Positions 1-10,260 of a stretch of DNA of 64,000 nucleotides are shown piece after piece. The translations under genes and the position numbers were made by a program. Location: NCBI GenBank assembly GCA_000004985.1, contig GG738925.1; one strand, written 5' to 3'. The DNA is from Naegleria gruberi. Lineage: Eukaryota. The notes under the pieces are model-generated. The model was not told the DNA's origin. It worked only from the letters and a program-made list of their open reading frames with translations, and did not search any database. The first letter of the stretch is position 1. Each line of letters opens with the position of its first letter.

Positions 1-403
1 CATTCAATTTAATAATTTGTAAAGCTTGTCGTATAACTAACTCTGTTTCGTCCAATTCAATTCGTTCATTTAAATAAATATTCACACGATCCACAGTGAT
101 TATTCTATTATTCGATTCATTTCCCTCATCACATGGCGTATCTAAAATTTCAATTTTTAAATAATTTTTAATTTCCTTCTGATTAATATTATTCATTTTC
201 CTATTCAAATATTCGACAATATCCGCTCCTCTTGTTTCCATCATGAAATTCAAATAATCATCATCCGATTTGATCAGAGCACAATATTGATTAGATATTA
301 TTTGCAAGATAACCTTCTCATTAAATAAATTACACAATAGCATTTTGCACTCCGAACCATTTCTTTGAATCGCAAAATCCTGCCCCTCATCATTCGAAAG
401 CAT
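1..403 (-). CDS. partial hypothetical protein (ORF runs off window start; 3' end of gene not in window)
   Basis: Reverse-complement reading from an ATG near 403 is open for >130 codons down to position 1 (MLSNDEGQDFAIQRNGSECKMLLCNLFNEKVILQIISNQYCALIKSDDDYLNFMMETRGADIVEYLNRK...). It is absent from the supplied ORF track, presumably because no stop falls inside the window. No domain recognised. Confidence 0.3.
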   Translation of the reverse strand, partial: MLSNDEGQDFAIQRNGSECKMLLCNLFNEKVILQIISNQYCALIKSDDDYLNFMMETRGADIVEYLNRKMNNINQKEIKNYLKIEILDTPCDEGNESNNRIITVDRVNIYLNERIELDETELVIRQALQIIKLN

Positions 404-840
404 TTTTTTCTGATTTCGACTTTTAAAAAAATGCCTTTACATGACCGCCCTCCTGATCCAATAAATTGTCTGCAGCTGACTAACAGGATTCTTGTGTTAG
501 AACAAGCAGTCGATTCATATCGGATTGAAAATATTCGTCTTCAAAAATACATGGAAACTATGCAAAAGATTTACGACAAAATAATGTTTAATCCGAGTTT
601 GTACAAGACAAAGATGTAAAGGTTAAAGTTGATAATATTAATCAAGAAGATACTTCTACCACTAACATTTCTACTGATTCATTTAAAAAACCTACTTCAG
701 AAATCCAAAATATTAAGTCAACTCCCCAAAATAGAAATCAACAAATTCATTCCATTACTAGTAATATTAAACCAAAATATGAATGTAGTAAGAACCCTAT
801 TGAGCAAAATACCAAACTACAACTTACTCCATATTTGGAT

Positions 841-2070
841 ATGGTGAAGTATCACCCTATAAAAGCTCAACCAAGTATCAAACAAACTATAGCAAAACAA
901 ATCAAAATGAAACGCTCAATTTCATTCTATGGTAAAAAACCAGTCAAGCAAAATAAGAAATTCGATTTGACACATTCACTTAATATTATCTGCTATGAAA
1001 GAATTAATAACAAATTCATGGAACAAATAATGGACATCTTTGGGGAATTTGCCACCATTAAAATAAGACCCCAAACTAGTAATGTCATTAATCTTCATTG
1101 CAATAGTAATGACAATTATATTCTTTGCAAAGATATGCTTGATAGTGTACACAATGATTTAATATTGAAATTCTTCCCATCACCTGCTGTATTCGAGCAT
1201 AGCTTGTACGCTCTAACTCACTCTACACACATATATTCACAACACATTGATATGATTAAATCACTAATCAAACACTCAGTTAATAACGATAATACTATAC
1301 TTATCTCCCAAATGTATACAAACCAATCACATGGTAAATATATAATTAGAGTTTCATACGAAAACGAAGATGTGTGCGAAGTTATTAGAAAGAAGCTTAA
1401 TTTAACTAATTACAAATCTGTTGAACAATTGCGTAATGAAACTCCTACTAATGTTTCAGAATGTTTATTTCCACCTACCTTTACAAACAAGGAAATCATC
1501 GATGGTGTTACTCGTGCATACGAACGCATTAAAAAAGATTTCAATACTAACCAATGCATGATAACTGAATCCAAAAACAAATCCAATACCACTACCTTTA
1601 AATTATGTAAAGTCGTCCATTCAAATATTGACGAAATGAATCTATTTATTGACAAGAAAATTGTTCTCAATACCAAACAAAACATTACTGATGGAACCAG
1701 TTACTGTTTCGTACCATCTATTAAACAATTAGATGAAATAATTGAAAGAAAACAAAAACAATATCCATTTCTAACTAACTCTAAATTACCGGAAGTAACT
1801 AATCCTATGATCAATCCTATACAATCTAACGATAATACCAGTTCAACCACTAATTCTGTAGTTACTCCTACTATTAATACAACAACCAATCTATTTGAAA
1901 CTAGACTATCTAATATTGAAACTGAACTGCGTGATTTTAAGAAAGCATTAGCTGATACAATGGAACTTATTGACAAAATCTCCCATTATATAAATAATAG
2001 TACTAATAATTCTATTATGCAAGATGATGAAGAATCAAAAAGCTCATCATCTTGTACTCTTTCTAAATGA
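841..2070 (+). CDS. LINE ORF1 protein (nucleic-acid-binding/chaperone-type ORF1, C-terminal coiled coil)
   Basis: First ATG at 841 (the track ORF begins at an alternative TTG at 835, and the frame is open back to about 592). Ends with TGA that overlaps the ORF2 ATG. C-terminal heptad-like region ETRLSNIETELRDFKKALADTMELIDK. Position and size are typical of a LINE ORF1. Confidence 0.6.
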   Translation: MVKYHPIKAQPSIKQTIAKQIKMKRSISFYGKKPVKQNKKFDLTHSLNIICYERINNKFMEQIMDIFGEFATIKIRPQTSNVINLHCNSNDNYILCKDMLDSVHNDLILKFFPSPAVFEHSLYALTHSTHIYSQHIDMIKSLIKHSVNNDNTILISQMYTNQSHGKYIIRVSYENEDVCEVIRKKLNLTNYKSVEQLRNETPTNVSECLFPPTFTNKEIIDGVTRAYERIKKDFNTNQCMITESKNKSNTTTFKLCKVVHSNIDEMNLFIDKKIVLNTKQNITDGTSYCFVPSIKQLDEIIERKQKQYPFLTNSKLPEVTNPMINPIQSNDNTSSTTNSVVTPTINTTTNLFETRLSNIETELRDFKKALADTMELIDKISHYINNSTNNSIMQDDEESKSSSSCTLSK

Positions 2071-5000
2071 GTAATTATAGTAATTTACGACTAGCGTGTT
2101 ACAATGTAAACGGCCTGTATAAACATGCTAGTAAGAAATCGGTTACACCAGAAGTGAAATCAATGTGTCTTCATCATAAAATACACATGATTTCGTTAAC
2201 CGAAACTCATTTAAATACTCCTGATCTAGAATATAAAGTTAAAAATTCAGGAACAGGCTATATATTATTTAACTCCTTAATGAATACAACGAAAGGAAAA
2301 AAAGGGACGGCTGTTATGCACTTCCTTAACAACCCTCACAAGAGAAATATTACTAATATCAATCTAATTCCAGGTGTTCTTCAATGGACACGATTCGAAA
2401 GCAAAGGTATACCAATTAATATTTTCACTCCATATCTTAGTGGAAGAGTTGATGATAAAGAAAATGATGTTGAAGCCATGAACAGTATAACAAATGCAGT
2501 ACTGACATGTAGAGATGAACATGTCATAATTAATGGAGATCTTAATATCAATACCATTAATCCTTCAAACGGTAGAGATAAAGAATGGTGCTGGCTATTT
2601 AATCTACTCCAACTAACAGAATATAAGACTAATAATAAGACTTACATTAGAAGACAACAGAATAGAATCACCACTTCAAGATTAGACCACATTTTCGTGT
2701 CTAAAGATATTAAGGTTATCAAAGAAGAACTCCTTCCACCGCTCACAAGTAATGATCACATCCCTTTTTACATTGATATTGAATTCAAATCACATTTAAA
2801 TTGGAGATCATATATTGGTAAGAAGAAAAGAGAAGAAATGATCAAAGAGATAAATACGTCAAATGCCAATACATTTCAAGAATTAAATGCAGAAATACAA
2901 AACAACATTGCAAAATATGGAACCAAAGTTGACAGACTTGGTGGTAGCATTATTTCCTCCATATTTAAAGGTAAAATTCGTAAATTAGAAAATAAGATTA
3001 TGGGTAAATTAGAAGACCCAAATGTTGGACTTAATGAAATATCAGAACTACAAACAATTCTTAAAGAGACTCACATCCAATCATGTAAAGAAATCAAAGA
3101 ACAATTAACTGACAAATATAACAATAGTCACGCCTCCCACATGTATCAATTTGATAGAAAACTGCATTCTAAAGAAATTATCTGGAAAGAATTGCCATTT
3201 GGAGAACAAGAAATTTTAGATTATTTTTCCAAAAAGTTTACAACCTCCAATCAAACACCAACCTTTATGCCAAGTCCATCCACTATCACTTCAGGTCCTA
3301 GAGATATAGGTCGGATTTCATATAGAGATGTAAAAGAAACCATTAAAAGAATGAAATCGAATACACCAGGACAAGACGAAATTTCATTAGATATCATCAA
3401 GGGCTTAAAATTAGAGAAATTAGCTTTAATAGTTGAAGAGTTTAACAAATGTTTAACACAAGGAGATATCCCCCAAGAATGGAAACACGGTTGGGTTAAA
3501 CTGATTCCAAAGCGAGAAGTTAAAACATTAGGAGATATTAGACCCATCACAATACTACCAATATTTTATAGAATCCTTTTCAATTTAATCGCCCACAAAT
3601 TATGTGAATGGGCTAGCTCTCAGATTAATATGAGACAACAGGCCTTCATAAATAATAGAAATACAATGAACCATGGAATAGTACTTTCCTCCCTGGCCTT
3701 GAAAACTAGACGAAGAACATTTATATTAGTCAACCTTGACATTGAAGGTGCCTACGACGCAGTGGAGATGCCGGTTATTAGGATGGCCCTTAATCATTGT
3801 AAATTCCCAACACCACTAACTGATTTTATAATTAATGCATACAGCAATCACAGTTTACAATTAGAAATTGACAAACATCTATCAAATAACTTCACAAAAA
3901 CACGAGGAATTCCTCAAGGTTGCCCATTAGCACCTCTTATTTACGATTGTATTACACAACTCATAATAGACAAAGCAATAGACCAATGGCAACTACCAAT
4001 AGAACCATCTGAATTGAATGCAAACGAAATTGGTCTTTGTTGTTTCGCTGACGATATGAATATAGTATGCGACAGATTCACAAATTATAATGGAAGACTA
4101 GATAACATCGACGACTGGTTATCTCAATTGCTTTTCAAATTAAATGCAAAAAAGTCAATTGCCACTCTCCTTCCCACAAAAAGCAAAATCATACCAAAAA
4201 TCAAACAAGTGCCAATTCCCATTCAGAAAAATCTTAGAGTTCTCGGACACTACCCTTGGGAAGATAAATTGGTCAAAGAAGATATTGAAAGCAAGATAGC
4301 TAAATTCAATGAATCACTGAAATATTTCCCAATACTCAAACTTCAACCCCATAATTTAAGACAAGTCCTTCATGCTAAAGTGATTAGTTTATTTACACAT
4401 CTATCCAAACTTAATGTCATTCCTCCATCACTGGTATCAAGAATAGATATTTGCATTAGAAATGTACTCAGAACAAAGTTAAAACTAGACAGAACCACCA
4501 AAACAGCTTTTTTCCACCTACCATTAGAAGAAGGTGGACTCGGTGTTCCCTCAATTGAAGAATTTACAGACAGACTTAATTTAAGAACTCTCTCCTTAAT
4601 AGCAAATTCCAATAACAAGTTAGTTCAGAAAGCTTTTAAATTTGGAATTAGTCATACCAATGATAATAGTAATAACATTTTCATTCAATGGATGTCAATA
4701 CTTCAGAAATATAATTTAGATTTCAAAAAGAATCATACCAAATTCAGATTAAAGAAAGTGAATGAAACCAATAGATGCTTTATTATCCATACAGACGGAT
4801 CCAAGCTTGCAGGTAAAACAGGTATGGGTATTAATATATATGAATCCGGTGGAAGGTTATCACCTTGTAAAAGCCTTTCACTCCGTATCAATAATGAATA
4901 CTCTAATAATGTTGCAGAAATAGGAGCAATTATCACTGCAATGAAACTACTTCCAAATGGAACAACCGCTAGAATACACACAGATAGCAAAGTTGCAATA

Positions 5001-5795
5001 GATGTCCTATCCAGAAAATACAAAGGAAACTTTCTCCCTTTCAAAACTGAATTTTTCAATATCCAAAAAGAAAAGAATATTTCAGTTTATATAATCAAAG
5101 TTAAAGGACATGAAGATAAGGAAAATATAATAGTAGATCGCCTTGCGAAAGATGGAACTGAAAGAGATAAGATCTTTGATATCAAATCCTTACTAACCAA
5201 CCAATATTTACTTATGAAAAACGATATTGTGATCTTTGATTGCAAAAGAATGACTGTAAATCGCCAACTTAAGGAGATGCACGAAGCAATTGATAGTAAT
5301 CCCAACTTTATTCCAAACCAAAGCTGGTCATCAATTAATGTAGCCTACCTCAAGTCACGACTGTCACCTAAAACCAAATATCAAATTTGGCGAAACGCTT
5401 CAAATTCTCATATCAAATATACACAGAAGAAAGATGAATTGAATCCAACCTGCTCAGATTGTAATTGTCCCTCAAATTTAGAACATTACATACATGAATG
5501 CCCCAGACTAGACAATCAAAGAAGATATTGTCAAAATAGATTAACAGAAATACTTGATAGACCTGAGTGTTCACTCTCCCCTATCCAAGAAATTCCTTTC
5601 CAATACTCATATGTGCTATATTTCCATCACTCAGGCATAACCTTTTTTGAGAATGAATATATAGATAAGATCCCCAACCATAACGTCTTAAAGAAATGGC
5701 CAGAGATCCAAGCTGCTATTTCCAAATTTATTGGAAGAGCCTTCCTTATTTATCAAATTGATTCAAAACCTATTTACAAACGAAGTGAGAAATAG
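2067..5795 (+). CDS. LINE ORF2 polyprotein: apurinic-type endonuclease + reverse transcriptase + RNase H + C-terminal CCHC zinc knuckle
   Basis: N-terminal APE/EEP motifs (LRLACYNVNGL..., MISLTETHL). RT motifs (IRPITILPIFYRILFNLIAHKL; NLDIEGAYDAV; GIPQGCPLAPLIYD; CCFADDMNIVC = FADD box). RNase H (IHTDGSK...GMGI, TDSKVAIDVL, VKGHEDKENIIVDRLAKDG). Cys/His motif CSDCNCPSNLEHYIHECPRL. 1,242 codons uninterrupted. Confidence 0.9.
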   Translation: MSNYSNLRLACYNVNGLYKHASKKSVTPEVKSMCLHHKIHMISLTETHLNTPDLEYKVKNSGTGYILFNSLMNTTKGKKGTAVMHFLNNPHKRNITNINLIPGVLQWTRFESKGIPINIFTPYLSGRVDDKENDVEAMNSITNAVLTCRDEHVIINGDLNINTINPSNGRDKEWCWLFNLLQLTEYKTNNKTYIRRQQNRITTSRLDHIFVSKDIKVIKEELLPPLTSNDHIPFYIDIEFKSHLNWRSYIGKKKREEMIKEINTSNANTFQELNAEIQNNIAKYGTKVDRLGGSIISSIFKGKIRKLENKIMGKLEDPNVGLNEISELQTILKETHIQSCKEIKEQLTDKYNNSHASHMYQFDRKLHSKEIIWKELPFGEQEILDYFSKKFTTSNQTPTFMPSPSTITSGPRDIGRISYRDVKETIKRMKSNTPGQDEISLDIIKGLKLEKLALIVEEFNKCLTQGDIPQEWKHGWVKLIPKREVKTLGDIRPITILPIFYRILFNLIAHKLCEWASSQINMRQQAFINNRNTMNHGIVLSSLALKTRRRTFILVNLDIEGAYDAVEMPVIRMALNHCKFPTPLTDFIINAYSNHSLQLEIDKHLSNNFTKTRGIPQGCPLAPLIYDCITQLIIDKAIDQWQLPIEPSELNANEIGLCCFADDMNIVCDRFTNYNGRLDNIDDWLSQLLFKLNAKKSIATLLPTKSKIIPKIKQVPIPIQKNLRVLGHYPWEDKLVKEDIESKIAKFNESLKYFPILKLQPHNLRQVLHAKVISLFTHLSKLNVIPPSLVSRIDICIRNVLRTKLKLDRTTKTAFFHLPLEEGGLGVPSIEEFTDRLNLRTLSLIANSNNKLVQKAFKFGISHTNDNSNNIFIQWMSILQKYNLDFKKNHTKFRLKKVNETNRCFIIHTDGSKLAGKTGMGINIYESGGRLSPCKSLSLRINNEYSNNVAEIGAIITAMKLLPNGTTARIHTDSKVAIDVLSRKYKGNFLPFKTEFFNIQKEKNISVYIIKVKGHEDKENIIVDRLAKDGTERDKIFDIKSLLTNQYLLMKNDIVIFDCKRMTVNRQLKEMHEAIDSNPNFIPNQSWSSINVAYLKSRLSPKTKYQIWRNASNSHIKYTQKKDELNPTCSDCNCPSNLEHYIHECPRLDNQRRYCQNRLTEILDRPECSLSPIQEIPFQYSYVLYFHHSGITFFENEYIDKIPNHNVLKKWPEIQAAISKFIGRAFLIYQIDSKPIYKRSEK

Positions 5796-6281
5796 AATCT
5801 GAATAGATTCGCCAAAATGCATTAAAAGATTTTTTTCTGATTTCTTTTTTTCACTGGAAAGTGGTGTTGATTGTTTCTTGTTAGAACTAATAAGAGATTG
5901 CATACTGATGAAGTGAACATTCAAAACTCTTCAAAAAATAACATAAGAGTTCTTAATATATCAAGCGTATTGATATGATTCTTAGAGCAATAATACACAA
6001 TGATAATACTAATTCCACCATTTTAATAAGTGAAAGTTGGGCATGATTTATTTCAATCAATTCATTTTCCTTAATCTAACAACTTTCCAATTTTCTTTTT
6101 TGAAAATTGAATTAGAAACAATATTTTGCATTCCAACGTACAACCTCCATGTACGAATGCTCAAAATGCGCTCAACATTCACTTGAAGGTTTAAGCGTAC
6201 ATCATCTCCCTCAGAGTGTAGGAGAAGGGAAGAAGAAGGAAAACAGGTGTCGCACTCCTAAATTTTCATCCTTAAAAAAAA

Positions 6282-9200
6282 ATGATCAAGAAGAAGACAA
6301 GTGCTAGCAGTAAAAATCTGAGCGAGATGGCTACTGCTGCTGTTCAGAGTAATCAGTCTTCTTCATCGTCATCTTCATCATCAAATGCAGCAAATTTAGT
6401 ACCACCAAGTAGTAGTAGTGGTTTGAAGCACAAGTATCATTTTAAATTTGTGGTTAGTGCTTTGGAAATCTTACCCGAAAAACCAACAACATCAAATATT
6501 AATAACAATCACATTTCATCAAAGGAAGTCAAAAAAACAACATCTATTGGTACCTTCTTTAAACAATTCACTGAATCACCAAAGATTCCTAGAACAGCAT
6601 TATTGGAATGGAAACGAAATTCAAGAAAGAGAGGAAAACTTCCTGTTTGTAGATTTCAAAAATCCATTGATCAAAACAAACCAGACCACTTCATCTTTTA
6701 TACAAGGGATGAAAAGGCTTTCGAATTCAATACAAGATTGACAACAACCAGTAAGTAGTAGTAATTTTAAATGGTTACAGCAACAACCATCATCCTCTTC
6801 ATCATCTTCTAAAATAGCTTCTACTTCCTACGGTTACAAGGATAAATTTTTGAGAATGTCTCTTGAGCAATTGCAGGATGAAGCATTTACTGCTTCCCCA
6901 GCTTCTAAACTGCTCACATCAAAGAAGAGAATTTGTGAGGAGGAAATTAATTTGGCAGAAGCTGTATCAATGAATGCAATGGAAAGAAGTCTTGTTTTAA
7001 TGGAAATTACACAAAATGGCCTTTCTCAAATCGAGTCAACAATTGCTGCTAAAAAGCTAAAAAAGAAAACAGGAATCTTTCCGATTAAGTTAGGAGGAGA
7101 TGACCAAGACCAGGAAATTGTGGCCTATCTCGTTTTGAGATATACTATCAGTTGTTCAACAAACGACACCCAACCTAACCTATCAACAAGTATGGTATCT
7201 AATGACATCACTGATGATACTGAAGTGAGTATGACAGAACCAGAAGTTTCCGATGATGAAGAGGATGAAGAACCATTCAAAAGTCCTAGAATTCTAGGAA
7301 CAACTCCTCGTTCAGAGTACAAGGATAATGTAAATACACCTTTCGGATCACCAAGCCAACAAGAAATTTTCCAAAAGCCAGTGGTGAATGAAGTTGAAAA
7401 CAATTCACTTCAAAAAACACAAAATCAATCAAGTAACAATTTGGAATCAATTACTCAAACAAATGGTAGCACTGAAAAGAAAATTGAAACGGAACAACCA
7501 AGTATCATTGTAGAATCAAACACGAATAATACTATTGTGGAAAATGTCCAAGAATCAACAGTTAGTTCCGAAAAGATTGAAAACCCACTTGCAAAGACTG
7601 AAGATGAGGGATCTAACTTTTTCCTTCTCGATGAAGAGGAAGAGCAGGAGGAACCAAAGCAACTGGAACAATCTCCAGTTATGATAATGGAAATGCCAAC
7701 AATGACAACAACAGAGGAACAAAAAATCGACCCTTCTCAACCACCATCACAAGAGCCTCAACAAGAACCAGAAGAAATTGAGGTTGTAGAACAAGTACCT
7801 GAATCAACTAGTCTTCCTATTGAAGAGAATGTCACAGAGACTGTCACACCTCAACAAGAAGAACCAGAAAAACCACAAATCACCCCTTCCCAAGTTGAAG
7901 TTGAGTCACCAAAGAAAGATAGTATGATTGTAGTGCAGAAGGAACCTGAAGAATCTCAATCATTCTTAGATTTGAGTGATGAAGAAGAAGAAGAAGAAAC
8001 CAAACCTGAACAAATTAACGAGCCAATTAGTGTAAATACAACTCAATCAATCAGTTCAACAGTAGAGGAAGAGCCTTTGAAGGAAGAACCAGGACTTGAT
8101 GAAAAACCTCTCACTATTGAGACATCAGAAAAGCAAAGTGAAGAAGAGTCTGATTTTGATATCATTCTTTCTCCATACGAAGAGTCAAATTCTACTAACG
8201 ATGCTAACCTGGCCACTAATGTAGTACATAAACCAGAAGAGCAAAAACCAGTCGAAGAAACTCAACCTATTGCAGATATCAAAACTTCTGATATTGTCAA
8301 TAAGGACTCGACAGAAAAGTTGCTCACCCCTGAAGATCATCATGATCATTCCTATTCTAGCGATGAAGATATGTTTACTCCTGTATATAGTTCCAACAAT
8401 ATTTACGAATCAAAAATTCCAGATGTTGAAGAGCCAACAATCCCAAAACCTAACAATCTTCACACCAAGATAATTGAAAGTGTTCTAAATGAAAACAAGG
8501 CAAACGAAGAGACTGAATCACTTACATCTTCAGAATACAATGAGATACAAAGAGACTATAGCGAAGCACTTATAGTACTTGATTTACAAAAGCAAAAAAT
8601 TATTGAGCTGGAAAACTATTCAAATTCATTCCATCCATTGGTTGTTTCATTGATTTGGGGTTTAATTTGCTCCTTGTTGTACTCTGTTTCACAAGTAGAG
8701 GTTTCAGCCATTAGACCAATTTTGGTTGCTACATTCTACACTATAGTAGTATACTTTGGTGTACAATTAACTCGTGCCATGAAGTTCTATAGCTATGGAA
8801 CTCATTTGACTAATTACCTTAAGGAAATAAGATTTTTGAAAAAATTAGAATCCATGCCAAAGAAGGATATTGGAACACTTGGCAACTATCTCAAGAAATA
8901 CATTACTAGCGAAGACTTTAGATTTTTGGATGATATTTTCAGATCAGCATCTTGGGGAGCCCTCTTTGCTCTAGTAGCTCTCATCTTGAAAGCTCTATTC
9001 AGTTCGGGTGACGAACAACCAAATCTTGGAGATGATAATGCTATTTACAGATTTTTCGTTAGTGGAATTCTTTACAAGTGTTTGTACAGATCTGTAACAG
9101 AGGAATTATTTGAAAGGTTATTCTGTTTGCTGCTTTCTGTTTTTATCTTTAATGAATTCAATTTGACCATCAAGATCAAGTACATTATTGACAAGTATAC

Positions 9201-9513
9201 AAATCCAAAGCATTCAGATCAGTTCAGAAACTTGGCCGATTTTGAAAAACAACAACCAAAGCCAATCAAATCTGGTAAGGCTGTCCTATCCCTACCTCAT
9301 TATTCAAGTGTTATTCTTGCCACCATTATTTCTACAATATTTTCTATTGGACAACCGGCACGTCACACATACACAACAGATAGCTTTATTTTTGACAAGT
9401 TATTAGGATCTTTTGTTTATTCTTACATGTTTGTTGTACAAGAGAAGGTTGAATTGTGTATGGTTGCCCACTTTACCAAGAATTTGATTGATGTAATTTT
9501 CAGTTATTATTAA
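6282..9513 (+). CDS. Ser/Glu-rich acidic protein with C-terminal multi-pass membrane domain resembling CPBP/Abi (CAAX-protease-like) family; 2 exons
   Basis: Exon 1 runs 6282 to about 6750. It ends at a GTAAGT donor (ccaGTAAGTag), with the acceptor ...aaaatAG at about 6817. Exon 2 runs about 6818..9513 and is in frame with the 887-aa track ORF (intron about 67 nt). Long acidic disordered middle region. The C-terminal roughly 300 aa are hydrophobic, with EExxxR-like (TEELFER) and HxxxN-like (HFTKN) motifs reminiscent of Rce1/Abi intramembrane proteases. Confidence 0.5.
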
Positions 9514-10260
9514 ATATCTTTTTAATTGAAACTTTAATTTGAAACATCATAACGCACCAATGTGAAATCCCTAAACTCCGTATTTGCACTTACTTGAAGT
9601 TTACTATCATTTGGTTCCTCTGCTTTTGTGCTTATTTCCAAACTTTCACTAACAGTATACTTTCCAAACTGAGATTCGTCCTTAATCAATTGCAACAATT
9701 GTAAATCTCATCCTTGATCTTTACATTCCCCAAAAAAAGCCCTCACTCTCTCCTTATTGCACTTGTAAACAGTTCATTAACTTATTTTTCAACCCTCAAC
9801 AAGCACTTTAAGAACAAAGCCAAACATACGATATTGAGTCCTCCCGTTCATTTACAACATCATACAGAAACATGAATGAACTCCACAACAACTCAAAAAT
9901 ATTGTGCGTTTAGATTGTTGGGCCCTGCAACCTAAATCAACAAAATCCAACTGCGCAGGAATCCGGCTTGCCAAACAGTTTAAGCAAAACACAAGAAAAA
10001 AAGCTTCATCTCTTGAATCTGCTGTTTTATCACCTTTTTCTAAATTGAAAAAAATTACGGTCACTCCCCGGAGAAGAGACTTGTGAAGAGTTTCCATCAA
10101 GTTATTGTTGTTATTGCTATCATTCAAGGCATCACTTTGTCCAGTATTATATTATTTATAAGAAGTTTTCATTTTCGAAAAATCTCTTTTGATAATCATT
10201 TTGTTATCTTCATCATCCTTAATTTATCAACTATCTAGTATTGTTATTATCTGTTCCGAT

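Larger units (their letters stand above)
360..5900 (+). mobile_element. full-length non-LTR (LINE) retrotransposon with APE endonuclease, RT, RNase H and CCHC domains (I/Tad/L1-like); boundaries approximate
   Basis: Two long ORFs on the same strand with the classic ATGA stop/start overlap at 2067-2070. ORF2 has all canonical LINE domains. Possible 5' UTR/ORF0 coiled-coil ORF at 365..619. No poly(A) tail or target-site duplication could be identified, so the ends are not defined. Confidence 0.8.

Noticed and set aside
1410-1976. Antisense 91-aa ORFs (1410..1685, 1701..1976) inside LINE ORF1, and similar antisense ORFs inside ORF2 (3251..3550, 4370..4618, 4733..5059, 5087..5305)
   Set aside because: They are fully nested opposite a long domain-bearing ORF, show low-complexity hydrophobic composition and no motifs. 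These are typical spurious reverse-strand ORFs in AT-rich coding sequence.
5796-6280. Poly(A) or microsatellite tail marking the LINE 3' end
   Set aside because: No A-rich tract or tandem repeat is visible downstream of the ORF2 stop. The 3' boundary is given only approximately.
9880-10100. Locally GC-richer island (gggccctgcaacc, gcgcaggaatccggcttgcc) between genes, considered as a possible snRNA or small ncRNA
   Set aside because: It does not match any snRNA consensus I can recall (U1, U2, U4, U5, U6) and has no obvious box C/D or H/ACA features. The overlapping short ORFs (9852..10127, 9904..10086) have no support. More likely a promoter or 5' UTR of the Zn2Cys6 gene.
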